Positions 37,420 through 51,759 are shown, numbered from the stretch's first letter. The stretch is DNA of 64,000 nucleotides from Octopus bimaculoides (GCF_001194135.2 NC_068986.1:92997225-93061224); one strand, 5' to 3'. Program-made: numbers and translations. Notes: generated from the sequence alone by a model not told the origin.

Positions 37420-37720
37420 ATGATGACTAGTAAGTAGGCCATTGATGTATAAGAGGAAAAGTTTGGGAGACAAAAACTAAACCCTCAGGTACACCAGAGT
37501 TGATATGTTGGTCAGTGAGGGCTCTGTCAACATATGTGATGAAAGTGTCATCTGACAAGAAGCTACTGATCTAAGAGATGAGAAGAAGTCCATAGGCTGG
37601 GCAGTTTTGACTAGAGATTTGTGTGGCAAGCTCAATAGAAAGCTTTTGTTGATACTGATGGCAACAACACTGTTTACACCAATTTTTCAAGGGTGGTCTG
37701 CACTTGATCTGACTACTTGT
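37420..37720 (-). mobile_element. CR1/Jockey-group LINE reverse transcriptase remnant
   Basis: Frameshifted minus-strand translation ..ISSFLSD..INSGVPEGLV(L)SPKLFLLYINGL, matching RT motif SGVPQGSVLSPxLFxxxINDL. Confidence 0.75.
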
Positions 37721-37829
37721 TGAATATATTGAGTAGTTGAAACTATTCTTGTGGTCATTAAGGAGAAAGAAAGTAATTCAAGTTGTTGGGAAAGGTTGTT
37801 ACCATCTCCCTTGCTCCTTTATGCAAAGT

Positions 37830-38052
37830 TGGACTTATAGTATCTAAACTGGCCATATCAGGTCCAAATTGTCTACCTGTTTTATGTTCAAACTTACCAG
37901 ATCAGGCCTCTCACACTTACTTTACAATGTCATTCTAAAAATAAACAACCACCTCATTGAAATTTCAAAGCTACAAGATAATACATGATAAATTCAAAAC
38001 AATGTGAATAAATAAGCATTATATTTGATAGAGTAAACTGAATGCTAAAGGG
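37830..38052. mobile_element. piggyBac-type MITE of a second family, left end decayed
   Basis: Right end gaatgctaaaggg|TTAA; left end only partly complementary. Confidence 0.55.
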
Positions 38053-39219
38053 TTAATGCACTGAGAACATCTTTTTCCCCCTGAATATGTGCTGCTGAAA
38101 TCAGCATGTATCTAATAGGCTCATGTATCTATTTTGCCATTAAATACTGTTTTAGTGGCTATCGCCATTATCTTTGAAATATTGAAAGAATTTTTCTACA
38201 AGGTCTAAGTCTCCTATGTTGTCGTCCATCTAAGTACTATCTTCACTTGACAGTATTTAATGCCAAGGGTTGAATGAGAACTGGTGTTTTTAGTGTGATA
38301 TTACTGTATTAGTTGTTTAGTATCTCTGTCACTGTATTCTGCAGTTTGGTAAATCTGTTAAGGAAAGCTCTGTTTAGACCTACATCGGCTCTGTTTGACC
38401 AATCTATGATAAAGCTATTATCATCCAGTTTTTTTATTTGCACATAGTGTATCTACGACTACATTATCCAATACTTTATTCCTTTTTAAGGTAGGAGAGT
38501 ATTTTTTATCAGACCGGTTGACTATATAGAAGTCTCCTTCATTGGTTCATTACCTTAAGTAAAGAATTGTGTTAAGATTTTAAAAGCTGTTACAGACATG
38601 AATTTTCCTTTTTTATCTTCATTTGTATTAATGGCTAGCAAAGATCTATAGTGGATTTTATAAACAGAGTACAAGAAAGCCAAGATCTAGCTTTTATTAC
38701 ATTGCAGCTTGGAAATGGAAACTCCAGCCATTGGTAGATTGGTTACATGACCTATGACATTATAGGATCATGTTGTCAGGGAAGATAAACCTATTTTCAT
38801 TTTCTTTCATTTCCTTACCACTTCTTTCATCAACACTTAGTTTCTCTTTCTTTCCTCTGTCTCTGTTTTTTTTGTTTTTTTTTGCAATCCCCCTTTTCTC
38901 CGTTGTTCTCTTTCTTTTGGTCTCTTTCTTTTACTCTCTGTCTTTTCTTTGTAGCTTTCTGTTTCGGCTCTGTGCCCTCCACAAGTGTCTTTTCCTATCA
39001 TCTCTTCTTTCACCTTTGTCTTTCTCTCCTTTATCTCCTTCTGCACTTCTGTATCATCCTTCTGTCTTTCTTTTCTTTATTTGCCTTCCTTGTCTTCATT
39101 CTTTGTCTCTCCAAAAAGTTGTGTTCAAGATCATAATTGCTGAAATGAAAAATATAAGAGAAAAGAGGAAAACTGAGAAGAGAAAAAAAATTTAAATGAA
39201 AATAAAACGAATGAATAGA

Positions 39220-39785
39220 GATGACATGTATTGAGATGGATGAAACTGTATAAAAATTGAAGTGTTATGAATGTTTGATGAAACAGATGAAACTGCATAA
39301 AAATGGATGAAATTATATAAATGGATGAAAATTCAATAAAAATTAATGCAAAGTGGATAAAAGTTGATGAAAATTAGATGAAACTGCATGACAGTAGATG
39401 AAACTGTATAAAAATTGATGAAAGGTTGATGAAATAATAGCTGAAACTATATGAGAATGGATGAAACTGTATAAAAATTGACCATATATAAATGGATGAA
39501 AATTGGATAAAAATTAATGAAAACGAGATAAAAATTGGCAATAATTAGATGAAACATAGATGAAACTGCATGGAAGTGGATGAAACTTTAAAAATTGATG
39601 AAAATTGGAAGAAAACAGGAAAATGAATAGAAATGAATGCAAACAGGAAAATTTATAGAAAAATTAATATGAAGATAAAATTGTTAACAACAAGCAAATA
39701 GACATAAATTGATGAAAATGAATGAGATGAAATAAATGAACCAGAAATATGATTGGATAGAAAAAAAATGAAGATACAATGTTTG
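39220..39785. repeat. Degenerate ~20-bp purine-rich minisatellite running into a gap
   Basis: Recurrent gatgaaactgtataaaaatt / gatgaaaatt units. Confidence 0.75.
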
Positions 39786-40558
39786 NNNNNNNNNNNNNNN
39801 NNNNNNNNNNNNNNNNNNNNNNNNNNNNNNNNNNNNNNNNNNNNNNNNNNNNNNNNNNNNNNNNNNNNNNNNNNNNNNNNNNNNNNNNNNNNNNNNNNNN
39901 NNNNNNNNNNNNNNNNNNNNNNNNNNNNNNNNNNNNNNNNNNNNNNNNNNNNNNNNNNNNNNNNNNNNNNNNNNNNNNNNNNNNNNNNNNNNNNNNNNNN
40001 NNNNNNNNNNNNNNNNNNNNNNNNNNNNNNNNNNNNNNNNNNNNNNNNNNNNNNNNNNNNNNNNNNNNNNNNNNNNNNNNNNNNNNNNNNNNNNNNNNNN
40101 NNNNNNNNNNNNNNNNNNNNNNNNNNNNNNNNNNNNNNNNNNNNNNNNNNNNNNNNNNNNNNNNNNNNNNNNNNNNNNNNNNNNNNNNNNNNNNNNNNNN
40201 NNNNNNNNNNNNNNNNNNNNNNNNNNNNNNNNNNNNNNNNNNNNNNNNNNNNNNNNNNNNNNNNNNNNNNNNNNNNNNNNNNNNNNNNNNNNNNNNNNNN
40301 NNNNNNNNNNNNNNNNNNNNNNNNNNNNNNNNNNNNNNNNNNNNNNNNNNNNNNNNNNNNNNNNNNNNNNNNNNNNNNNNNNNNNNNNNNNNNNNNNNNN
40401 NNNNNNNNNNNNNNNNNNNNNNNNNNNNNNNNNNNNNNNNNNNNNNNNNNNNNNNNNNNNNNNNNNNNNNNNNNNNNNNNNNNNNNNNNNNNNNNNNNNN
40501 NNNNNNNNNNNNNNNNNNNNNNNNNNNNNNNNNNNNNNNNNNNNNNNNNNNNNNNNNN

Positions 40559-40616
<58 letters not shown>

Positions 40617-41619
40617 AAATAACTTGTGCCATGCAGTGTTGAGAGTTTTCGATTTTATTTTTAATGTTTTAATTCTTCAAAATTTTATTTTGCATATTTC
40701 ATTTTGTCTTTTGCTTGCTCTATCTCTATCTTTCTTTCCTTCCTTATTTTTTCTTTCTTTCCCTCTTTCTCTCTCTCTCTCTTGCTCTCTCTTTCTGTCT
40801 TTCTTCCTTTCTGTCTTGTGCCTTTTTATCCTTACTCCTTCCCCTCTCTGTTTTCCTCTCCTACACTCTCCCTGACACAAAAGATAGATAGATAGATAGA
40901 TAAAGAGAGAGAGAAAGGGAGAGAAAAAACTTGATAGAGACAGCTAATATAAGTAGATAAATTAACAAGCGCTTCTCACTGAAACACAAGTCCTCAATTT
41001 TGGGACAAAATATAGTTGGTTAAATCAGCCCCAGTACTTGACTGGTATTACTTGATCCTATCAACTCCATCCTGGAAAGATGAATGCCAAAGTTGACCAT
41101 GGCAAGATTTGAACTCAGTATGTGCTCGATCATAATTGAATAGCAATGCATACTAATAATAATGATTTCTTACATTGTCATGAGGGTTAAAATATATTCA
41201 GAATTGGCTATCATTGATTAAATTTTCCCTGTTATATAACTGCTACTTAATGAAATTTTGTACAGCATATGTGCAAGGCCACATCTTGCAGGCTTCTAAC
41301 TCACTCCAATGTATTACTGGTATCTGTTTTAGTGTTCCTGGAAGGGTAAATAACATATTTGACTTCTGGATTTGAACTCGCAATGTAAAGAGGTGTAACT
41401 AAATAATTTGAGGAATTTTATCTGTTTAACGCTCCACTGGTTACTATAGAGATAAGTGATTTATTATTTTGGTACAAGTCATCCTCATCATTTTCATCAT
41501 CATTGTCATTATCATCAGAAGCAGGAGAGTCTCTATGAATTGCTTGATTCACTGGAAATAGCTGCCAAATTTTCCTCAAATCACATTCTCCTCTTAAATA
41601 ATAATAATAATAATAATAA

Positions 41620-41842
41620 TGGTTTCAAATTTTGGCACAAGGCTAGCAATTTCGAGATAGGAAGATCAGTTGAATACATTGACCTCAGTATTCAACTGGT
41701 ACTTATTTTATTGACCCCAGAAGGATGAAAGGCAAAGTCAATCTTGGTGGAACTTGAACTTAGAACACAAAATCAGATGAAATGCCACTGAGCATTTTAC
41801 CGAGTGTGCTAATGATTTTGTCAGCTCACCACCTTTATAATG

Positions 41843-41874
<32 letters not shown>

Positions 41875-42085
41875 TGTAATAATGGTTTCAAATTTTGATA
41901 CAAGGGCAGCAATTTCGGGGTAGGGGGATCAGTCAAATACATTGACCTCAGTACTCAATTGGTACTTATTTTATCGACCCAGAAAAGAGGAAAGGCAAAG
42001 TTTATGTCGGTGGAATTTGAATTCAGAATGTAATGGCGGACAAAATGTCACTAAGCACTTTGGCTTGTTAACGATTCTGCCAGTT
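41620..42085 (-). mobile_element. Two head-to-tail family C SINEs separated by (AAT)n
   Basis: aatggtttcaaattttg..gaaaggcaaagt..ttctgccag twice (41620-41835, 41880-42085). Confidence 0.8.
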
Positions 42086-42224
42086 CGTGTGTGTATGTGT
42101 ATGTGCTTGTGAAAAATATATTTATATATTTGAGTGAGTGTATGTGTTTGTGCATGTTTATTTAAAAAGTTACATAAAAAATAGAATTACAGACACATGC
42201 GCAATAACACACATGTATATATCA

Positions 42225-42405
42225 TCATCATCATCATCATCGTTTAACGTCCGCTTTCCATGCTAGCATGGGTTGGACGATTTGACTGAGGACTGGTGCA
42301 ACCGGATGGCTACACCAGGCTCCAATCTAATTTGGCAGAGTTTCTACAGCTGGATGCCCTTCCTAACGCCAACCACTCAGAGAGTGTAGTGGGTGCTTTT
42401 ACGTA
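42225..42405 (-). repeat. Family B, young
   Basis: catcgtttaacgtccgctttccatgctagc..ccaaccactcagagagtgtagtgggtgcttttacg. Confidence 0.85.
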
Positions 42406-42676
42406 TATACATACATACATATACATATATAAACAGACTCACTTAAAAAGGAAGGAAGCGGGCTGTAACAAAGTATAGAAAACCATGTTCGCTACAGGCT
42501 GTGCTACTCATACATATAAATGTATACACACACACATACACACACACACACACACATACACACACACTAACACAAAGTTGAAGCACTGTTTGATTTTCTT
42601 TTTTTTCACCTTTTTGTACCCTTTTTATATATAAAATACCACAATTAGCTGTCATTTTTGACGGCACGGTGTCAGC

Positions 42677-42707
<31 letters not shown>

Positions 42708-43234
42708 GATACTTTCTTCATTGGCCTAATGGGCTGACAAAAAACATTTCGGACATTACAAAGACAAAGGACAGTGGGGATTATACACAAGTAAATAATA
42801 ATAGCAATGACCACTGAAGAACGATGCTGGTTAATGTAGTCTAAGATACTTTTTGAAAAGAAATCATGTCATAATCACACTTGGAATACTTCTGATCTTA
42901 GGCCAGGTCATTCGCATTTGATCTGGGGCTAAACAATATGAGTAGCATTTTTCTTAATGTCCATTTTTTTTACCTTTGTATGATTGGCTGGGCTAGACTA
43001 GATTGGATGTGGTAGGTCTATAGTGCAATATAGCATCTCTCCTTACAACATCCTCACACCTGACTCTACTTCATATTTTTTTGTTTCGATTTTTATTTTT
43101 TTTATTTTACATCTTTTAAAGACGAATCTAGAATTCTATTCACTGCAAGCAATGTCTACAGTTAGCAGACAGCACCACTTTGCCAGTTGTTCACCAAGCT
43201 GGTGTTATCTATTTACAATCAATAATAATTACAG

Positions 43235-43278
<44 letters not shown>

Positions 43279-43418
43279 CCATAATCGTTAGTCCGACAAA
43301 ATTTATTTTGGTGAACTTATGATTACAGATTAAATATTTTTATTCACTCTCAGATTTATTTTAAGTTCTTTAGTCTAAGTGGTCAGACATAGCTTCTTTT
43401 GAATTTGTAACACCTGGA

Positions 43419-43486
<68 letters not shown>

Positions 43487-43589
43487 GAGAGGATTACAGG
43501 GGATACATAAAGTGCTGGTACATATCAAAGGGGGAAGCATGCCACAGTTATTGGCTAGACAATGATGCAAATCAGACAGTTAAGTAATC

Positions 43590-43965
43590 CATTACTATGC
43601 CATGAAATGTATTGAAGAGAAGTTCACCATTGTTTGATAATCCACAACTCCAGTAGTCAGTATTCTCCAAAAGTATCCAATGATTATTGGAATCCTATGT
43701 CTGGTGTGAAAACAAAGAAAAACAGGTGAATGAGTTCTATATGTGAGATTAGGTGAGATGAGGTGTTGCAGTATCATGTATATGGTGTCGGGAACTGCAG
43801 ATCTGCACAATACAAACCATCATCTGAGCACTATTAAAAAATAATGCATATGAGTGTTTGAGAAACTACAGACCTAAACCCAATTGAGTTAGATGTATGC
43901 CTGTGTATAATGGATGGGAGACAATCTCTGTTTTTTGTCAGTGGCTGGAAAAATACACCCTGTGT
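43590..43965 (+). mobile_element. Probable Tc1-like (DD34E) transposase remnant with right end
   Basis: Scattered motifs EEKFTI (compare DESKF), VWCE, YGVG, DLNPIE; ends ..atacaccctgt, a Tc1-type terminal CACCCTG. Confidence 0.45.
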
Positions 43966-44298
43966 AAAGGGTTGGTGATACAAAGGCATCTTGTTGCTAA
44001 AACCTGCTGGAACTCACACCAAAAAATATTAGCCAGCATTTCTCAGTTGCATGGTAGATGCTGAAGAACACAAAGGACCATATGTGTTTGCCAAGACAAA
44101 AGACTTTGGTAAATGATGAGATGACAAGGTGTGGCGAGTGGCAAGATATTGTTGAAACCCGATAGCTCATCCCAGGATGGGAGGAAACAAATGTATAAAG
44201 GATGATGATGATGATGATGATTATTATACATGTATTTATATGTATACAGATGTATGTAAATATGTATACGTGTGTGTGTGTGTCTATCTATTTATCTA

Positions 44299-44352
<54 letters not shown>

Positions 44353-44617
44353 TGCATACATTTGTCCATAAGTAAGGCAGCATTTAAACTGTTCTGTTAA
44401 AAAGGAATTCTTAGTCACATGGTATGCATGTATACATATGAAATTGTTACCCTTTTACATGTTTCAGTCATTAGACTGTGGCCATGCTGTAATTGTATTT
44501 GCATATATTTTTACATTCCTATATATATAAAATTAAAATCCAATACAAGGAAAAACAGGCTCCTCTATGGGGATGGAAACATTAAATTTTTTACTGGTTT
44601 ACTGGTTTAATACCCAA

Positions 44618-45493
44618 ATCTCACAACTGTTTCGATTCAGACAAAATAATAAATTTATAAAAATTCATGTTTTGGGGTAAGAATCTCAGGGAAATATTTG
44701 ACAAAAATTACATATGAGGAGCTTTATAACCGTTATATTATTTTTTTATTTATTTTGATTTTTTGCTTTTTATTATATATTTTTAATATATACTTTTAAA
44801 AAAATTATTTATGCTCACACTTACAAGCATAAACATATTTAATTCAGCCTGCTCTAGGATCTAAAACTCATCGTATGTAATTTTTGTCAAATATTTCCAT
44901 GATGAAATTCTTACTCAAAAACATGAATGTTTGTAAATTCACAAAAATGAAAAGAAAATGGGAGATTTATGATATTTTAATTTATTAACATAATATTATA
45001 TTAGGATAATATAATATATAATGATATAATATAAATATTACAATCCTATGATTGTTTTGATTCAGAACCAATAATGAGTTTATAAAAATTCATGTTTTTG
45101 GTTAAGAATCTCATCAGGGATTTTAATTGACAAAAATTACATATGTGGAGTTTTAGATTCTAGAATAGACTGAATTGAATATGTTTATGTTTGTAAGTGT
45201 GAACATCAATAATTTAAAATAATATATATAATAAAAACAAAAAATTCAAAATTAATAAAAAATAAATAAATACTAATATTATGGTCATAAAACTCTTCAT
45301 ATGTAATTTTTGTCTAATATTTCCTTGATGAGACTGTTACCCCAAAACATAAGTTTTTATAAATTCATTATTAGGTCTGAATTAAAAAAATTGTAAGATG
45401 ATAATGTTTATATTATATTATATTATGATAATAATATATTATGTTAATAAATTAAAATATGTCAATCATAAATTTCCATTTTCTTTTCATTTT

Positions 45494-45496
<3 letters not shown>
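44618..45496. mobile_element. Compound foldback structure: ~555-bp MITE (44942-45495) with ~215-bp TIRs abutting a truncated inverted copy (44618-44940)
   Basis: Four alternating copies of aaaattcatgtttt..gtaagaatctc..tgacaaaaattacatatg; terminal acaaaaatgaaaagaaaatg (44941) mirrored by cattttcttttcatttttgt (45496). Confidence 0.8.
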
Positions 45497-45535
<39 letters not shown>

Positions 45536-45627
45536 GAGTGTGTAACTATATGTAATTTCATATGTACACACAGACACATGCACATACATGATATGTATGT
45601 GTATACATGTATGCTTATGTATGCCTA

Positions 45628-45676
<49 letters not shown>

Positions 45677-45803
45677 GTGTGCATGTGTGTGTATATATAT
45701 ATATATGTATGTATAAATATATATATATTTCTGTGCGTTGTGTATGTATGTATGTATACATTTCATATTCTTTTCTGTTGAATTAACCTTATAGAATTAC
45801 ATA

Positions 45804-45869
<66 letters not shown>

Positions 45870-48799
45870 GAAATGTTTTTTATAATGATAGTCTTGAAAT
45901 ATCCACGCTTCTAAGCACATATGGTTTCTGGCGGGAGGATAAAAGTGAGATAGAAAATGGTTCTGGTTGTCATCGTCATCATCATTGTAGTAGTGTTGAG
46001 GGTGGCACTACTTTATATTTGTGATGTAATGATATATATGTTTTATAATTGCCTTGCAATATATCTCTCTGTTTCATCTTTGGTTGCTTCTTGCACTTCT
46101 CTCTCTCTCTCTGTTTAAAGGAAGAAAATTTCTTTCATGTCATTTACTCTCCTGAAGTATATTTGTAGCACAGTGTGTTCTGTTCTGTGATATCTCTTTG
46201 ATACGCCATGTCATTTTGTATTCCATCTCTGCTATAGCTAGTTGCAGTGAAGATATCACTTTTAAGGCAATCTATATTAAAGCAGGGTATATTTCCATTA
46301 AATCTTAAATTGCTTAATCCTTGTATAATTTGCTAATCACATGGTAGGCTTGATTTGCTGAAGAGGTCTAATAATGCTGAAACATGCTCTGAATTTTCAT
46401 AATTTCTTACTGTATGTCTTCATTTAACTTTTATTCAATTTTAATTTTACATATATTTGCATTGCTCCTACTGACAAAAATCATCATTAGGGCTAATGGT
46501 TTTTTTTTTCCTTATACGTGTAGCTTCATTTGATGAAAACTTACCTCTGAATCACTATGTTACATATATTAGCCTACACTTAACAAACTGCGTTTCTGTT
46601 ATGGCTACCAGTAGTGTGGTAGATGTAGTGTTGTGTAACTGTTAATGCAAGTTATATCATGGTGTATCTCCACTGTCCATGCATGGCCCTGTGGCTATCT
46701 TAGAAATATCCTCACGAAACAAGGCTGGGGTAAGTATCTGTGATGTTGATGACATTCTCAAGAACATAAAATGGTTAATCTTTATTCATATTAATTTTCA
46801 GTTGCTGTCATTGGTTTTTAGCCCCTGGGTAGGTTCACATCCGACAGACCTATGATAAAACACTATCCCATCCATGATCATCCATCTGTTAGTCAAACGC
46901 AGTATATCAAGTGGAACGAGGGGAATAAGTGACAGACTGTGGGACAATGTGAATGGTTACAACAACAGGTAGACAAATATTTTGAAAGATGACGGACAAA
47001 ATGTAAACACACATAAAAAATTAACTATAAAAGTTGTGCACAATGAGTAGCATGCCAGAAAAAGGAAAGGAAATGAAGTAGACAGATGTTCCGGGTGAAC
47101 TCTTTATCAAAGTAAAGTAAAGGAGCAAGATAAAAGAAATGAGAAAGAAACAAGAAAAGAACCAATACCCATTTGAAGTATATGTGTGTCTTTTGCTTAG
47201 AATCATGTAGTCATATCTATGACTACACACATACACACACACACACATTAAATTTAATCATGCATACTTATTCATAGAATAAGAATCTGTCTATTACCTG
47301 CATAACATTTGAATTTGCTGCTAGCAGGTTGGTAGTGTTGCTGCTGCTGCTGATGATGATGGTACTTGTGATGGGAATGATGATATGATGGTGTGTGATG
47401 GTGGTGGTGGTGGTGGGGTGGGTAGTGTGGATGGCACTGGTACTAGCAACTCTTTTGTTGCATCCCATGCATCTACCGTCAAAACAGTTTTTTTTGTGTT
47501 GTATCTCTAATGTCATCTCATAGCTTCATTTCATGTTGCACCAACCAACGCAGCAAATTCCTCCTTGTAACGTTGAAGTAAAAAAAAAAATCCTTTGTTG
47601 TCAAGTCTCAATGAATTATTTTCCACATTCAGCTATAATTCTTTACGTGTTGGTTGCAGAAATATATACTCTGCTTTGGAAGAAAATGAACTGATGCTAA
47701 TTTTTTGTTTTTGATACTTGGAAATTTTTTCTTGTCACAGACATCTTTCATTTTTGATGTTTGCTGTAAAACATTTCTTGATTGTCTCTCTTTTATTGCT
47801 ATTTTCATTTGTGTTGCTCCAGCATGGTCTTTGTCCAATGATTGAAACTAGTAAAAGAATAGTGTTAGGGCTGTGGATTGACAGAATTGTTAGTGTCAGA
47901 CACAATGCTTTGTAGTTTTTTTATTCCAGATCTTTGTATTTTGAGTTCAGTTCAGGTCAAGGTCACATTTACCTTTTATTCTTCCAGGGTTTGATGAAAT
48001 AAAATACAAGTCAAATACTACAGTTGATTTATTTGACTGCCACCTCCCTGATGACAGAGGCATGAAAAAGCACCTTGTACATTCTATGAAGGGGTTGGCA
48101 TTAGGAAAGGCATCATAGAAGCCATGCCAAAAATGACATTGGAGCTTGATGCAGTCCTGCAGCTCACAGATTCCTTGTCAAACCATCTTACTCATGCCAA
48201 CATAAAAAGCAGATGTTAGATAATGATGATGATGATGAACATATTTATGTGAAATATTGGGAAAGGAGAAAAGTGAATTGTGTTGTAATATTATTAACAA
48301 GAATGTATTGTTATTTCATAAATGCAGTTTGTATTAAGCAGGCATGTGTGTATATGTGCCTTGCAAGTTTATGTATCATCATCATTGTTGGTTTATATTC
48401 ACTTTCCATGCTGGCTTTCATTCGACAAATAGCCATGGTCTGAGATACTGCCTGCCTAGATGAGCACCTTGCATGCTCATATTGGTTTTTGGCTTGGTTC
48501 CTATGACTGCCCTTCCTATCACCATCAGCTTAAACACCTTAAAAGAATGTATTAGGTGCATATTTTATCATAGCATCAGCATTGAGAGGTTGTCTTGTCT
48601 TTGTCAAGACTAAAGAGCCCTTTTAACTCTATGTACTCCCTGCTTGTTCACCAACCACTTTACAGAGTTTACTTGGTGCATTTTGTCATGGTATCGGCAC
48701 CAGAGAGGTAGTCATACCTTCAGAAAGGCTAAAGGAATCTCTCTATTACATTGTTTTTATTAATATGAGTGCATATTTGTATATGTGTGTGTGTGTTTG

Positions 48800-49200
48800 T
48801 TTATATATATGTGGTTAAGAAGCTTGCTTTCCAATCATGGTCTTGGGTTCTGTGTCCCACTGCACAGTACTTAGGGCACTTCTGAGTGGGTTTGGTAGAT
48901 GGGAGTTAAAAGAAGCCCATCATGTATGTATGTATGTGTGTGTGTGTGTGTGTTTGCCTGTACCCCTGTTGAGACATTACTTGATGGTCGTAAATGAGCC
49001 TTGTCATCATACAAACGAGGTCGTGCATTTCTAGTCTTCTGTGAAAAGCATGTCAAGTTATGGGAAAACATTATCTTACTTAGAAACATATGAAGGATGG
49101 AGACAAGAAGGGCATCTGTCTGTAGAAAATCTGCTTTGACAAATTCAGTCTGAGCCATGCAGTTATGGAAAGTGGATGTTCAATGATGATTATGATGGAA
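48800..49200 (+). mobile_element. Family A head with RTE-type tail
   Basis: gtggttaagaagcttgc..ggatttggtaga..gaagccc..gacaagaagggcatc..gaaaatctgc..ggatgttcaatgatg. Confidence 0.7.
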
Positions 49201-49500
49201 TATCATCATCATCATCATTTAATGTCCATTTTCCATGCTAGCATGGGTTGGACAGTTTGACTAGAGCTGTCCAGCTGCAGAGCTGCACCAGGCTCCAGTT
49301 GTCTGTTTTGGCTTGGTTTCTATTGCTGAATTCTTTTCTTAATGCCAACCACTTTACAGAGTGTACTGGGTGCTTTTTTTATGTGGTCCTGGCACAGGTG
49401 CTTCTCATGGGGCACTGGCACAAGTGCATTATATGTGGCACCAGTACGGGTGCTTTTTACTTGGTACTAGTATGTGTGCTTTTTACGTAGCACTAGAACT
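49200..49500 (-). repeat. Family B with upstream modules
   Basis: catcatttaatgtccattttccatgctagc..gggtgctttt modules. Confidence 0.7.
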
Positions 49501-49799
49501 TGGCAGTTTCAGTTGGGTTGGTATCAAAGGGGTTAAGTTATTAATCTCTTTCTGTGGGCAGAAGATGGATATTCTTTTTTTGATATAGGTCTAAGAAGAC
49601 TTGAAACAAGTCTGACTGATCTCCTGTTGTTTGCTCACAAAGAGATAAAAAGAAAATCTATGATGAAACTCTTTAGATTACATTTTAGTGAGTCTAAAAT
49701 TGTATGCTTATTTAGAAAATAATGTATGCCTTAAAAGTATGTGTGAAATTATCAAAGAAAATAATGCTGTCTAATGAGTTTTATACATCTATATCTATC

Positions 49800-49839
<40 letters not shown>

Positions 49840-50660
49840 NNNNNNNNNNNNNNNNNNNNNNNNNNNNNNNNNNNNNNNNNNNNNNNNNNNNNNNNNNNNN
49901 NNNNNNNNNNNNNNNNNNNNNNNNNNNNNNNNNNNNNNNNNNNNNNNNNNNNNNNNNNNNNNNNNNNNNNNNNNNNNNNNNNNNNNNNNNNNNNNNNNNN
50001 NNNNNNNNNNNNNNNNNNNNNNNNNNNNNNNNNNNNNNNNNNNNNNNNNNNNNNNNNNNNNNNNNNNNNNNNNNNNNNNNNNNNNNNNNNNNNNNNNNNN
50101 NNNNNNNNNNNNNNNNNNNNNNNNNNNNNNNNNNNNNNNNNNNNNNNNNNNNNNNNNNNNNNNNNNNNNNNNNNNNNNNNNNNNNNNNNNNNNNNNNNNN
50201 NNNNNNNNNNNNNNNNNNNNNNNNNNNNNNNNNNNNNNNNNNNNNNNNNNNNNNNNNNNNNNNNNNNNNNNNNNNNNNNNNNNNNNNNNNNNNNNNNNNN
50301 NNNNNNNNNNNNNNNNNNNNNNNNNNNNNNNNNNNNNNNNNNNNNNNNNNNNNNNNNNNNNNNNNNNNNNNNNNNNNNNNNNNNNNNNNNNNNNNNNNNN
50401 NNNNNNNNNNNNNNNNNNNNNNNNNNNNNNNNNNNNNNNNNNNNNNNNNNNNNNNNNNNNNNNNNNNNNNNNNNNNNNNNNNNNNNNNNNNNNNNNNNNN
50501 NNNNNNNNNNNNNNNNNNNNNNNNNNNNNNNNNNNNNNNNNNNNNNNNNNNNNNNNNNNNNNNNNNNNNNNNNNNNNNNNNNNNNNNNNNNNNNNNNNNN
50601 NNNNNNNNNNNNNNNNNNNNNNNNNNNNNNNNNNNNNNNNNNNNNNNNNNNNNNNNNNNN

Positions 50661-50743
<83 letters not shown>

Positions 50744-51759
50744 CATACATAGAGAGAGAGAAAAATATCTATATTTGTGTGTGTGTGTGTGTGTGTGTAT
50801 ATATCTTCATATATGTAGGCATGCATGTATATCATGCATATGCATGTATATCATGCATATGCATGTATGCACCTATATATAGTAATGTCTAAGTACAAAT
50901 ATATATAGTCACACACACACAAACATGCACAAGCACAAAGCATATATTTGCAAGTGCACACTTCTGCATGTATGCATATACATGTATGTGTGTGTGTATA
51001 CTCAAGTGCATATATATACATATGTATGTACACACGTGCACATACATACATACACACATATATATCTACACACACACACTTACACACACATAGTGAGTGA
51101 GGAGGAGAGAGCTTTATTGATCTTGCTATTTTAATACATCGGCCTTATATTTCTTTGATAGGTTATTGATTTATTTTTTGTGTTGTTTGAAATGTTTCCT
51201 CACAACTGTTCCTGTATTTTTTGTATCTAGGCCTATCATATACCACAGTAACCACATCTCTGAATATCATATAAGTGGCTACGAGCTAATGAGGATACCT
51301 TCAGTGTAATTACTTGACATGCTAGAAATAACAGTCAATTTTCCCTCAAATTACATCCTACATATTAAAAAAGTGAAAAGAAGAAGGAAGCATACATTCA
51401 GTAATGTAATTTGGACATCACAATGCAGACAATAATGACTGGATTACCTTGCCTCTTTGGCTGGCTGTAGGCAGTGAGTTGGCAGACATATTAACAAGTT
51501 GAACAAAATGCTTAACAGCACTTCTTTTGGCGTTACGTTTTGAGTTCAAACTCTACTGGGGTCAGTTTTGCTTTTTATCCTTTTGAGGTTATAAAAATAT
51601 ATACCAGTTGAGCACTGAGGTTGATGCAATCGAATTGCCCACTCCATAAAATTTTGGGCCTTCCTGCTTACAGCAGATAAAAAACAAATTAAATTATAGG
51701 TTTGCTTGATTGCAGATGACATAGCGCTAAACAAAAACGGCCACAACATAAACGGATAT

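Noticed and set aside
48048-48075. CUGAUGA followed by GAAA
   Set aside because: Intervening bases cannot pair and the GAAA belongs to a family B module
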